From an uncultured Gammaproteobacteria bacterium (GTDB lineage: Bacteria > Patescibacteriota > Microgenomatia > Levybacterales > GWA1-39-11): 64,000 nucleotides of DNA. Numbering within the stretch: position 1 is the stretch's first letter; each line of letters begins with the position of its first letter. The stretch covers positions 426,375 through 490,374 of the forward strand of contig CAYVKP010000001.1 in assembly GCA_964452165.1 (NCBI GenBank). The letters are read 5' to 3'. The notes below the pieces were generated by a model. It saw only the letters and a program-made list of their open reading frames with translations. It did no database searches and was not told the DNA's origin. The position numbers and the translations under genes are program-made. Positions 1 to 8,323 of this stretch are shown in pieces.

Positions 1-979
1 CATTGTAAAAAACCCTAAATACCCCGATGAACCATTAAATCCTGCTTACGTTGCAGGCGTCGATCACCCAAATGAAATATACTCTCATCAGGCAAGTAAA
101 GATCAAATGAGGGGATTTAAAAAACTCGCAGATATGGGAAATCTCGTCGGCTCGAGAGGTGGATTTGTTATTCAGGAAGTATATGTAGGTACGGAAGAAA
201 GAGCAATATTGTACAGGCTTTCGGAGTACGGCTTGAGCGTTCCATTTGATTTTGATCTAATTTTAGGTCCGGACTGGAGCGCTTATGGTGTTAGGAAAAT
301 CATTTTTGACTATTACGCTTTATTAAAAAAGGATGATATTGTTCCCTTGCCTTTGGGAAATCACGATCAACCAAGAGTTGCAACCCGCTTGGGAAGTCAA
401 AAAGACGCCAGGCTTGCCGCAATGCTTCAGATGACGCTCGACTGTCTGCCGGTTGTGTTTCAGGGTGAGGAGATAGGTATGGTAGACGTTGAAATTCCTC
501 CGGAAAAACGTCAGGATCCATTCGTCGATAAACTTAGGGATCCTGCACGTACACCAATGCAGTGGGACGATACTGATAATGCAGGTTTTACAAAAAAAGG
601 AATAGAGCCGTGGTTGCCAGTTGACCCCAACTATAAAGAAACAAATGTAAAAAAACAGCTTTTAGATTCCCGGTCAATGCTCTCACTTTACAAACACCTA
701 ATTTCAATAAGAAAAGAGAGGTTGATGCCCGGCCGACCTAAGGAAGTGGTTGTAAATAACGATAATGTCTTAGCATACAAAAGAAACACGGCAGATGGTA
801 AAAAGGCACTCATCCTTTTAAACTTCGCGGAAGAACAGGTTACCATACATATAAAATCATCAGTATCTCAGTCTGGAAGGTTACTTATTAACACGTCCAT
901 AGATAATCAGATGGGAAAGATTTTTAAATTCGACAACTTCACTCTTGAACCAAAAGAAGGGTATATCTTTCTAGCATAG
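1..979 (+). CDS. Glycoside hydrolase family 13 alpha-glucosidase/oligo-1,6-glucosidase-like protein, C-terminal portion; 5' end lies upstream of the window, since the frame is open from nt 2
   Basis: The translation contains 'PLPLGNHDQPRVATRLG', which matches GH13 conserved region IV (FxxNHD). It also has 'RTPMQWDDTDNAGFT' and 'PWLPVDPNY...NV..Q..D..S.L..YK.LI..RK', typical of the GH13 C-terminal region. No in-frame stop occurs between nt 2 and 107. Confidence 0.8.
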   Translation, partial: IVKNPKYPDEPLNPAYVAGVDHPNEIYSHQASKDQMRGFKKLADMGNLVGSRGGFVIQEVYVGTEERAILYRLSEYGLSVPFDFDLILGPDWSAYGVRKIIFDYYALLKKDDIVPLPLGNHDQPRVATRLGSQKDARLAAMLQMTLDCLPVVFQGEEIGMVDVEIPPEKRQDPFVDKLRDPARTPMQWDDTDNAGFTKKGIEPWLPVDPNYKETNVKKQLLDSRSMLSLYKHLISIRKERLMPGRPKEVVVNNDNVLAYKRNTADGKKALILLNFAEEQVTIHIKSSVSQSGRLLINTSIDNQMGKIFKFDNFTLEPKEGYIFLA

Positions 980-1109
980 AGCAGGCCTCCTTAACGGAAC
1001 GGCTTTACAAGCCTCTTACGCGACGTTTATCCACAGAGCATTTGATAGGTGTATACTTAGTTGTTAAGAGAATCATGTTAATTTTATTAAATGGTAGGGA
1101 GGTGAGAAT

Positions 1110-1307
1110 ATGACGGATAAAAACGAAAAATGTTGTGAAAATTGCGGTAACTGCAATAACTGTGGTTGTAACTGCGGCGGACACGGAATGATGATGATGG
1201 ATTGTTGCCAAGAGCACAAGATGTCTAAGGAGCATCTGGAAGCAAAGAAAACAAGACTTGAGGAAAAACTCAAGTGGGTGAATGAAAAACTAGGAGAGTC
1301 AAAATAA
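1110..1307 (+). CDS. Small Cys-rich protein (65 aa): N-terminal CC/CxxC-rich segment (11 Cys in ~30 aa), an MMMM run, and a C-terminal charged helical tail; possible metal-binding protein
   Basis: A strong Shine-Dalgarno sequence (GGGAGGTGA) sits 6–7 nt upstream of the ATG. The sequence is 'CCENCGNCNNCGCNCGGHGMMMMDCC'. I recognise no homolog. Confidence 0.55.
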   Translation: MTDKNEKCCENCGNCNNCGCNCGGHGMMMMDCCQEHKMSKEHLEAKKTRLEEKLKWVNEKLGESK

Positions 1308-1336
1308 TACCGCCTATCGTTTATAATTAATTAGGT

Positions 1337-1660
1337 ATGGTAGATTTAATAACCGGCAAAGGAAATTTAGCTGGGAAAGGCATTTATGCCGGACGGGATT
1401 TCAAGAAAGGTGAGGTTCTTATTAAGTATCGTCTCAAACACCTGACTCCGGAAGAATTTAATAATCTCCCTGAAAGCGAAAGAGAATTTACTCACGTACA
1501 CCACGGAGTAATTGATCTTTACAGTGAACCCGAGCGATACGTTAATCATTCCGATAGTCCTAATACTTATCAGGATTTGGTAAATATGTGTGATGTTGCT
1601 GCCCGAGATATTAAGAAAGGTGAAATGATAACAACCGATGCTACAAAAGATGATATATAA
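1337..1660 (+). CDS. Minimal SET-domain protein (putative protein-lysine methyltransferase)
   Basis: 'GKGIYAGRDFKKGEVL' resembles the GxG/SET-N region. 'ERYVNHSDSPNT' matches the SET NHSCxPN motif. The C-terminal 'GEMITTD' is ELTxDY-like. Length is 107 aa. Confidence 0.7.
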   Translation: MVDLITGKGNLAGKGIYAGRDFKKGEVLIKYRLKHLTPEEFNNLPESEREFTHVHHGVIDLYSEPERYVNHSDSPNTYQDLVNMCDVAARDIKKGEMITTDATKDDI

Positions 1661-1682
1661 AATCCCCCCAATTCAATCTAAT

Positions 1683-1712
1683 TTGAAAATTTAGCTTCGT
1701 GTTTGCTATAAT
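1683..1712 (+). promoter_or_regulatory. Putative sigma70-like promoter (TTGAAA, 18-nt spacer, TATAAT) immediately upstream of the hydrolase gene; would give a near-leaderless transcript
   Basis: Hexamers were read directly from the sequence. The ATG is at 1722. Confidence 0.3.
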
Positions 1713-1721
1713 GCCTCTCCT

Positions 1722-2309
1722 ATGCATGAAAAGGTCATTTTTATCATTCCGGGATTTAGGCAGAGGTCTAAAAGTCGTGCCTATCGGGAAATTACAAAAA
1801 TATTGGCTAACGAAGGGTATTTTCCTATAGTCGTTTCTTTATCGTGGGATAAAACTACAGTGTCCCAGAATACGGAGCATTTTATTGAAGAGTTTGAGAA
1901 GGCCAAAGGGAAAAAAAGATATATTCTGGGATTTTCTTTTGGTGCGATGATTGGTTTAATTGCATCAACTAAAGTAGAAGTTGATGGTTTGGTTCTTTGT
2001 TCGCTCTCTCCTTACTTTTCCGAAGATTTACCTAAGATCGGCTATCACTGGAAACCGTCAACTTTGGCTCGTTATCAAGATTTTGCAGGACTTTCTTACG
2101 CAAAAATTGCCTCACAAACAAAAGCAAAAAAAGTGCTCATGCTTTATGGAGAAAAAGAGGCGAAGTCGCTTGTCAGAAGAGTTGTGGGAGCTTTTGGGAA
2201 AATACCTGCTGCGAGTAAACGCTTAATTCCGATTGAAAAAACCGAACATGAGATAGGCGATAAAAACTATCTTGCCACGATCCACTGGGTAAGCCGCAAT
2301 CTTCTTTAG
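1722..2309 (+). CDS. Alpha/beta-hydrolase fold protein (serine hydrolase, GxSxG)
   Basis: 'ILGFSFGAMIG' is a GxSxG nucleophile elbow. The protein is 195 aa with a secondary-structure pattern typical of small esterases/thioesterases. Confidence 0.55.
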   Translation: MHEKVIFIIPGFRQRSKSRAYREITKILANEGYFPIVVSLSWDKTTVSQNTEHFIEEFEKAKGKKRYILGFSFGAMIGLIASTKVEVDGLVLCSLSPYFSEDLPKIGYHWKPSTLARYQDFAGLSYAKIASQTKAKKVLMLYGEKEAKSLVRRVVGAFGKIPAASKRLIPIEKTEHEIGDKNYLATIHWVSRNLL

Positions 2310-2366
2310 GTTCGTATCTACCAAAAAGGGTTGACATGACGACCAAAACCATCTAATACTTTAATA

Positions 2367-3158
2367 GTGAAAGATTACTCCTCTATAAATCGCAAGTGGT
2401 GGAATGACGTTACGTTAGTTCATTCAAAATCAAAATTATATGACCTCGAGAATTTTAAAAAAGGAAAAACTAGTTTACAAAAGACTGAAATAGACGAGTT
2501 GGGAAGTGTTCGCAATAAAACATTATTGCATCTCCTTTGTCATTTTGGGATGGATACTCTTTCCTGGGCAAGACGCGGAGCAATTGTGACAGGAGTTGAT
2601 CTATCAGATGATTCAATCCGTTTAGCAAAAAAACTGAGCAGGCAGATCGGAGTCCCCGGAAATTTTGTTTGTTCTGACATTTATAGTCTGCCAAAAGTTT
2701 TGGATAAAAAGTTCGACATAGTTTTTGCTTCTTACGGAGTCCTCTTGTGGCTATCAAGTATTAAGAAATTCGCAAAAATCGTTAAGCACTTTTTGGCTCC
2801 CGGGGGAACGTTTTACATAATAGATCTCCATCCTTTTACAGAAATCATAAGCCATGACTTTAAGTTTGCATATAAATATTTTGACCGCGGACCTTATCTT
2901 GATGATTCGTCCGGTACTTATACGGATTGGAGTAGCGATGACGTAAGTGGTATCACTTATGAATGGAGTCATACAGTAAGTGACGTTATTAATTCATTGA
3001 TAGGGCAAGGTTTGAAAATAGAATTCCTTCACGAATTTCCCTATACCATGTATGACCAGTTCCCCGGATTTATGGAAAAGAATAAAAAAGGACAATACGT
3101 TTTGAAAGATAAGAAGATCCAGGTTCCTTTGCTTTTTTCTCTTAAAGCAACCAAGTAA
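2367..3158 (+). CDS. Class I SAM-dependent methyltransferase (GTG start)
   Basis: 'LLHLLCHFGMDTLSWARRGAIVTGVDLSDDSI' is a motif I-like Rossmann segment (the glycine-rich GxGxG is degenerate here). 'FDIVFASYGVLLWL' is motif II. Upstream lie TTGACA (2331–2336) and TAATAC (2355–2360). Confidence 0.75.
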   Translation: MKDYSSINRKWWNDVTLVHSKSKLYDLENFKKGKTSLQKTEIDELGSVRNKTLLHLLCHFGMDTLSWARRGAIVTGVDLSDDSIRLAKKLSRQIGVPGNFVCSDIYSLPKVLDKKFDIVFASYGVLLWLSSIKKFAKIVKHFLAPGGTFYIIDLHPFTEIISHDFKFAYKYFDRGPYLDDSSGTYTDWSSDDVSGITYEWSHTVSDVINSLIGQGLKIEFLHEFPYTMYDQFPGFMEKNKKGQYVLKDKKIQVPLLFSLKATK

Positions 3159-3176
3159 TTTGCTATACTCACCTTA

Positions 3177-3752
3177 ATGAAGGAAATTATTCTCCCCCTG
3201 AGCATCATTATTAACATGGTTTCATACTCCTCTTATATAATTGCGATTTTCAGGGGTAAAGCAAAACCACACAGGACAACGCGGTTCGTTCTGCTTACAC
3301 TCTCGGCCCTAGCTACACTTTCTCTTCTCGCGCAGCATAACTCCGTAGCGGTTTGGTTGGCGGGAGCAAATCTTACATTCTCTTCGGTTTTGTTTTTGTT
3401 AAGTTTCAAATATGGGATGGGAGGGTGGAGCAAAATGGATATTTTGTGTTTGGTTATAGCCGTGGTTGGAATTATTATTTGGCAGGTAACGGGGAGCTCC
3501 ACACTCGCCTTGTACGCTGCGATTTTGGCAGATTTTACAGGAATGGTACCAACAATTATTAAAAGTTATTATCATCCCAAAACTGAAGTTTGGTATTTCT
3601 TCTTTTTGGCTGGAATTGGTGCTGCTCTTAATCTTTTGGCAACTCGAGTTTGGACATTTCAAGAATACGCCTTCCCTCTTTACATAACATTAATCAATAC
3701 CGGGATGGTGACTTTATTCTTCAGGCATAAACTTCTGAAAAATTTAAAATAA
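3177..3752 (+). CDS. Polytopic membrane protein (~6 TM) of unknown function; sits directly upstream of ribE-ribH and could be a riboflavin/precursor transporter (speculative)
   Basis: The protein is hydrophobic throughout and co-oriented with the rib genes, 20 nt from ribE. No family was recognised confidently. Confidence 0.45.
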   Translation: MKEIILPLSIIINMVSYSSYIIAIFRGKAKPHRTTRFVLLTLSALATLSLLAQHNSVAVWLAGANLTFSSVLFLLSFKYGMGGWSKMDILCLVIAVVGIIIWQVTGSSTLALYAAILADFTGMVPTIIKSYYHPKTEVWYFFFLAGIGAALNLLATRVWTFQEYAFPLYITLINTGMVTLFFRHKLLKNLK

Positions 3753-3772
3753 TCGGGTATACTTAGGCAGTC

Positions 3773-4348
3773 ATGTTTACAGGAATAATTACAAATCTTG
3801 GAGCGGTCATACAAAAAAAACAATCAAAGCTTACCATAAAGGCGGACAAAAGTTTGCTTAAAAAAATCGAAAATGGAACAAGCATTTCAGTAGATGGGAT
3901 CTGTTTGACTGCCGTAGAGATTAATGAAGAGTCTTTCGTAATAGACTTTATGCCGGAGACTCATGAACTGACGAATATAAAATATTTGGTTGACGGTGAT
4001 ATTGTTAATTTAGAGCTACCCGCAACTCCTGCCACTTTTTTGTCAGGACATATTCTTCAGGGGCACGTTGACGGGGTAGGAAGACTTGAGGAGTTAACAG
4101 AGGAAGGGAATAGTCGTATTTTAAAGTTTTCAATACCAAAGTCCTTGTCCAAATATATTGTTGAAAAGGGTTCAATCGGAGTGAATGGAATATCGCTGAC
4201 GGTCATTGATGTTGCCAACGAAATTTTTACAGTTGGTATTATCCCGTACACATGGGATAATACCATGTTGTCGGGACTCATCCGGGGTAGCGCAGTAAAT
4301 ATTGAGGTCGACGTTTTGGCAAAATATTTGGAAAAGCTTAACAAATGA
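3773..4348 (+). CDS. ribE: Riboflavin synthase alpha subunit
   Basis: The N-terminus 'MFTGIITNLG' is diagnostic. Two lumazine-binding repeats are present ('GTSISVDGICLTAVEI', 'GSIGVNGISLTVIDV'). Confidence 0.9.
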   Translation: MFTGIITNLGAVIQKKQSKLTIKADKSLLKKIENGTSISVDGICLTAVEINEESFVIDFMPETHELTNIKYLVDGDIVNLELPATPATFLSGHILQGHVDGVGRLEELTEEGNSRILKFSIPKSLSKYIVEKGSIGVNGISLTVIDVANEIFTVGIIPYTWDNTMLSGLIRGSAVNIEVDVLAKYLEKLNK

Positions 4349-4788
4349 AAAAGACGGAGGAAATTAAAATCGCAATAATTGGGAGTAATTTTCAAAGAGA
4401 AATTACTGATGCTCTTGAGGAGCATTGTATCGATACTCTCTTAGGGAAAGGCATCAGGAAAGAGCAGATACTTTCCGTTCGAGTTCCAGGTTCGCTTGAA
4501 ATACCGCTTGCAGCAAAAAAACTTGCCGAGAAAAATAAATTTGATGCTCTTATCGCTATTGGAGCAATTCACAAAGGTGAGACATATCACTTTGAGCAAG
4601 TTGCAGATCAATGTATTCGCGGCTGCATGGATGTTTCATGGCAGTATGGGATACCGGTGATTTATGAAGTTCTGGCAGTTTACAACATTGAAGATGCAAG
4701 AAAACGAGCAACAAGAGAAGAAGGAAATAGGGGACAAGAAGCAGCGCTGGCCGCATTATCAATGATAGATACAATAGCCAAGATTTAG
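4345..4788 (+). CDS. ribH: 6,7-dimethyl-8-ribityllumazine synthase
   Basis: 'IAIIGSNFQREITDAL...VPGSLEIPLAAKKLA...DALIAIGAIHKGETYHFE' is typical of the DMRL synthase family. It overlaps ribE by 4 nt (ATGA). Confidence 0.9.
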   Translation: MKKTEEIKIAIIGSNFQREITDALEEHCIDTLLGKGIRKEQILSVRVPGSLEIPLAAKKLAEKNKFDALIAIGAIHKGETYHFEQVADQCIRGCMDVSWQYGIPVIYEVLAVYNIEDARKRATREEGNRGQEAALAALSMIDTIAKI

Positions 4789-5153
4789 TCTTTAAAAAGA
4801 TCTTTTACTTCTTCTACATCTTTCTCCATTTGTTTAACTAGCTCTTTTTCCGTATCGAATTTTTTATTCCCACGAATTTTTTTGAACAGTTTAACTGTAA
4901 CTCTTTTGTCATAAATATCTTGATCGAAATCAAAAATATAAGTCTCGGACTTGTAGTCTTTCTCATCAAAGGTTTTTGCCGAGCCAATAAACGTAACTGC
5001 GTTGAAAATTGTTTGGTCAATTGTAATTTGTGAAGCGTAAATTCCCTCCGGAATTTTTTTGTGAAGCGGAACATTTGCGGTAGGGAAACCCAATTGTTTG
5101 CCTCGATTCTTTCCAGAAACAATTTTGCCCCGAAATGTTTGTAAAGATTTCAT
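4785..5153 (-). CDS. Monofunctional riboflavin kinase (RibF C-terminal-domain type / flavokinase)
   Basis: 'GKIVSGKNRGKQLGFPTANV' is the flavokinase signature (G-x-G...LGFPTAN). The protein is 122 aa with no FAD-synthetase domain. It is convergent with ribH and overlaps it by 4 nt. Confidence 0.8.
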   Translation of the reverse strand: MKSLQTFRGKIVSGKNRGKQLGFPTANVPLHKKIPEGIYASQITIDQTIFNAVTFIGSAKTFDEKDYKSETYIFDFDQDIYDKRVTVKLFKKIRGNKKFDTEKELVKQMEKDVEEVKDLFKD

Positions 5154-5280
5154 GCTGATCAGTATACCACCTCTTTTGTGAACATGAAATTGGCTGAGGG
5201 TCGATCAGCTTTCTCTTACTCTATTCTTATTGACTAAGCTTCAGATATGAGCTATATTTAACTGTCTTCAAACGCAGGGG

Positions 5281-5310
5281 TTGACAAATTAGCAAATGCA
5301 GTGCTATACT
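5281..5310 (+). promoter_or_regulatory. Putative sigma70-type promoter for lon (TTGACA, 18 nt spacer, TATACT)
   Basis: TTGACA is at 5281–5286 and TATACT at 5305–5310, 15 nt upstream of the lon ATG. Confidence 0.4.
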
Positions 5311-5324
5311 GCTAAGTATTCGCC

Positions 5325-7727
5325 ATGATACACCTATCAGGTAAGAGAAACGAACAACTGATCCCGGTAATTCCAATAAGAGACGGAATTGTTTTCCCCC
5401 ACACAGAGTCAATTCTTACTTTTGGACGACCGAAAAGCCTAGCCGCTCTGGAATCTGCATTTGCAGGAGAAAGGGTTGTATGCTTTGTTCTTCAAAAAAA
5501 TCCCAAGCAGAACGATCCCGAGCCTTCGGATCTATATTCAATGGGTACAGTTTCCCACATTGAAAGAATGATCCGCACAGATGGTGAGGTTAATGCGCTG
5601 GTTCGTGGATTATCACGTGCCAAGATAGTTTCTTACGATGACAAAACCGGATATTTCCTTGCGCGCGTAGAAGAAATAGATGAGGAGAATGTTGATACCG
5701 CTGAAATTAAAGCCCTTTCAAACCACTTGATTGCTGAATTTAAAAAAGCGCTTTCTTTGGGCAAGCAAGCCGATTTTCTAGTCTTCATGAATATAATGTC
5801 TGAAGTTGCTCCTTCAGAGCTTGCTGATCAAATAGCATCAACCCTTGATATTAAGGGTTCTGAGCGCCAAGAGCTTCTTGAGACGATTGATGTAAAGAAA
5901 AGACTTGAGAAAGTTTCGGAGTTTTTGTCACGTGAGGTAAAAGTTTTGGAGCTTGAGAGAAAAATTTCAAGCAAAACTCAAGAGCAATTTGAGAAAAGCG
6001 CCAAGGAAGCAATACTTCGCGAGAGAATCAAGACAATAGAAAAAGAGCTCGGAGATTCTGAGGAGGGCAGTGAAGTAAAAGAGTTGCTCGATAAAATAAA
6101 AGCTGCCGGAATGCCAAAAGAAGTTGAAGAGAAGGCAAGAAAAGAGTTGAAGAAGCTTTCACAAACTACTCCGTATAATCCCGAGGCTGGCTATATCCGT
6201 AACTACCTCGAGACTTTAGTTTCGCTTCCTTGGAGCAAGAAGTCAAAGAGCAACGTAGACCTTCCGGACGCTGAAAAAATTTTAGATGAAGATCACTATG
6301 GTCTTAAAAAAGCAAAAGAGAGAATAGTTGAATACTTGGCAGTTCACAAGCTGGCTGGAAAAATGAGAGGTCCAATTCTATGTTTTGCCGGACCCCCCGG
6401 AGTTGGAAAAACATCAATAGGTAAATCAATAGCGCGAGCACTGGGCAGAAAATTCGTCAAAGTCTCTCTTGGAGGAATTCGCGATGAAGCAGAAATCCGC
6501 GGACACAGAAGAACTTATGTTGGAGCGCTTCCCGGACGAATAATCCAGGGAATCAAAGATGCAGGTACAAAAAATCCGGTATTTATGCTTGATGAAATTG
6601 ATAAAGTTGGCGCAGATTACCGTGGTGATCCATCAGCAGCCCTTCTTGAGGCTTTGGATCCAGAGCAGAATGATCAATTCTCAGATCACTACCTTGATGT
6701 TCCTTTCGATTTGTCGGATGTAATGTTTATAACGACAGCAAATATGCTGGATACAATTCCGCCGGCGCTTCGTGATCGACTCGAAATAATCAACTTCGCC
6801 GGATACACGGAAGAAGAGAAGTTCAATATTGCAAGCCGCTTCTTGATTAAAAAACAAATGGAAGCACATGGTCTAAAAGATAGTAATGTTGAGATTAAAG
6901 ATGACGCTGTCCACTTTATTATTGAGCGATATACAAGAGAAGCAGGAGTGAGATCTCTTGAGCGAGAATTTGCCGGAATTTTCAGAAAGATAGCAAAGTT
7001 GGTTGCAGAGAAAAAATCCGAAAAAACCATAGTTGATAAAAAGATGGTTGAAAAATTCCTGGGTCCAACCAAATTTACCTCATCGCTCGCCGAGAAAAAA
7101 GACGAGGTAGGTATGGCAACAGGACTTGCTTGGACTCCTGTTGGTGGGGAGATTTTGTTTATCGAAGTTGCTCTGATGCCTGGAAAAGGACAACTTATTC
7201 TGACGGGGCAATTGGGTGATGTCATGAAAGAATCGGCCCAAGCTGCCATGTCTTATATTCGTTCAAAAGCATCTCGCCTTGGATTGAGAGAAAATTTCTA
7301 CAGCAAAATTGATGTTCATATTCATGTGCCAGAGGGTGCAACGCCAAAAGACGGACCATCAGCCGGTGGAGCCATGACGACAGCTTTGGTTTCGGCGTTT
7401 ACAAAAATTCCCGTGAGCCACTTAGTTGGAATGACAGGTGAAGTGACGCTTCGCGGACGAATTCTTGAGATAGGTGGTCTTAAAGAGAAATTAATTGCTG
7501 CCCACAGGGCAGGTCTTAAGACAATAATTTTACCAAAAGACAATAGAAAAGATTTGGAAGATGTACCAAAACAGGTTCTTAAAGATTTGAGATTTGTTTT
7601 TGTATCTCATATGGATGAAGTATTGAAGGTTGCATTGACAAAAAGACTTGCAGGACTTGAAGATATCAGAGGAGAGCAGGCGCCATCAACTAATATTACT
7701 TCCCCAACCCCAATCGCCGCCGACTAA
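5325..7727 (+). CDS. lon: ATP-dependent Lon protease (LonA type)
   Basis: It has a LON N-terminal domain, an AAA+ Walker A 'GPPGVGKTS', Walker B 'FMLDEIDK', and a proteolytic domain 'DGPSAGGAMTTALVSAF' with the Ser–Lys dyad context. Confidence 0.95.
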   Translation: MIHLSGKRNEQLIPVIPIRDGIVFPHTESILTFGRPKSLAALESAFAGERVVCFVLQKNPKQNDPEPSDLYSMGTVSHIERMIRTDGEVNALVRGLSRAKIVSYDDKTGYFLARVEEIDEENVDTAEIKALSNHLIAEFKKALSLGKQADFLVFMNIMSEVAPSELADQIASTLDIKGSERQELLETIDVKKRLEKVSEFLSREVKVLELERKISSKTQEQFEKSAKEAILRERIKTIEKELGDSEEGSEVKELLDKIKAAGMPKEVEEKARKELKKLSQTTPYNPEAGYIRNYLETLVSLPWSKKSKSNVDLPDAEKILDEDHYGLKKAKERIVEYLAVHKLAGKMRGPILCFAGPPGVGKTSIGKSIARALGRKFVKVSLGGIRDEAEIRGHRRTYVGALPGRIIQGIKDAGTKNPVFMLDEIDKVGADYRGDPSAALLEALDPEQNDQFSDHYLDVPFDLSDVMFITTANMLDTIPPALRDRLEIINFAGYTEEEKFNIASRFLIKKQMEAHGLKDSNVEIKDDAVHFIIERYTREAGVRSLEREFAGIFRKIAKLVAEKKSEKTIVDKKMVEKFLGPTKFTSSLAEKKDEVGMATGLAWTPVGGEILFIEVALMPGKGQLILTGQLGDVMKESAQAAMSYIRSKASRLGLRENFYSKIDVHIHVPEGATPKDGPSAGGAMTTALVSAFTKIPVSHLVGMTGEVTLRGRILEIGGLKEKLIAAHRAGLKTIILPKDNRKDLEDVPKQVLKDLRFVFVSHMDEVLKVALTKRLAGLEDIRGEQAPSTNITSPTPIAAD

Positions 7728-7770
7728 GAAATTTATCCAGGTCTCAAATGCTTTAGTATCGCGATAACCG

Positions 7771-8256
7771 GTGGTACAATATGTCACTATGAAGACTAAA
7801 ACACAAAAAGCAAAAACAATTGTCTTGCAAAACAGGTATCTTACGATTGCCTCCACGGATAAAAATGGTAAGCCCTGGATTACTCCCGTTTTCTTTGCGT
7901 ATGACGATGATCTTAATCTCTATTGGGTATCAGGTAAAAATGCACGACACTCTGAAAATGTTCGCGCCAATCCCCAAGTTGCCATTGTGATTTTTGATTC
8001 AACGGAAGGTGAAGGAGAGGGAGATGCGATATATATAGAAGCAGAAACTCAAGAGTTAAAATCTAATAAGGAAATAGAAAAGGGAATGAGATACTATGAC
8101 GCTCGTGCATCTAAGGCAAAGTTTAAAGTAAAAAAACCTGAAAATGTAAAAGGAGAATCCGAGTGGAGATTTTATAAAGCAACTCCTATGGTGGCTTACA
8201 AGTCTGGAAAGCCAAAGACTGTTAATGGTCAATATATTGATACCAGGAGAAAATAA
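7771..8256 (+). CDS. Pyridoxamine 5'-phosphate oxidase-like (PNPOx-like) FMN-binding split-barrel protein
   Basis: 'LTIASTDKNGKPWITPVFFAYDDDLNLYWVS...RHSENVRANPQVAIVIFD' is the typical PNPOx-like fold signature. The SD 'GGTGGT' lies 6 nt upstream. Confidence 0.6.
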   Translation: MVQYVTMKTKTQKAKTIVLQNRYLTIASTDKNGKPWITPVFFAYDDDLNLYWVSGKNARHSENVRANPQVAIVIFDSTEGEGEGDAIYIEAETQELKSNKEIEKGMRYYDARASKAKFKVKKPENVKGESEWRFYKATPMVAYKSGKPKTVNGQYIDTRRK

Positions 8257-8323
8257 GTCTTTCCGAGCTCAAAGATTTGTTAGAGTTTATTAAAAAATAA
8301 ATTGTTGATTAAGCAAATAACCA

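Noticed and set aside
300-521. 73-aa minus-strand ORF inside the GH13 gene, plus many similar antisense or out-of-frame ORFs in the track (e.g. 1981–2226, 6689–7249, 9273–9518, 17982–18753, 29597–30007)
   Set aside because: They lie entirely within longer ORFs that have strong family signatures on the other strand or frame. They are shadow ORFs with no motif support.
8257-8323. A possible intrinsic terminator between the convergent PNPOx-like and ligD genes
   Set aside because: The region is AT-rich and weakly palindromic ('ttattaaaaaataaat') but has no GC-rich stem followed by a T-tract. There is no convincing hairpin.
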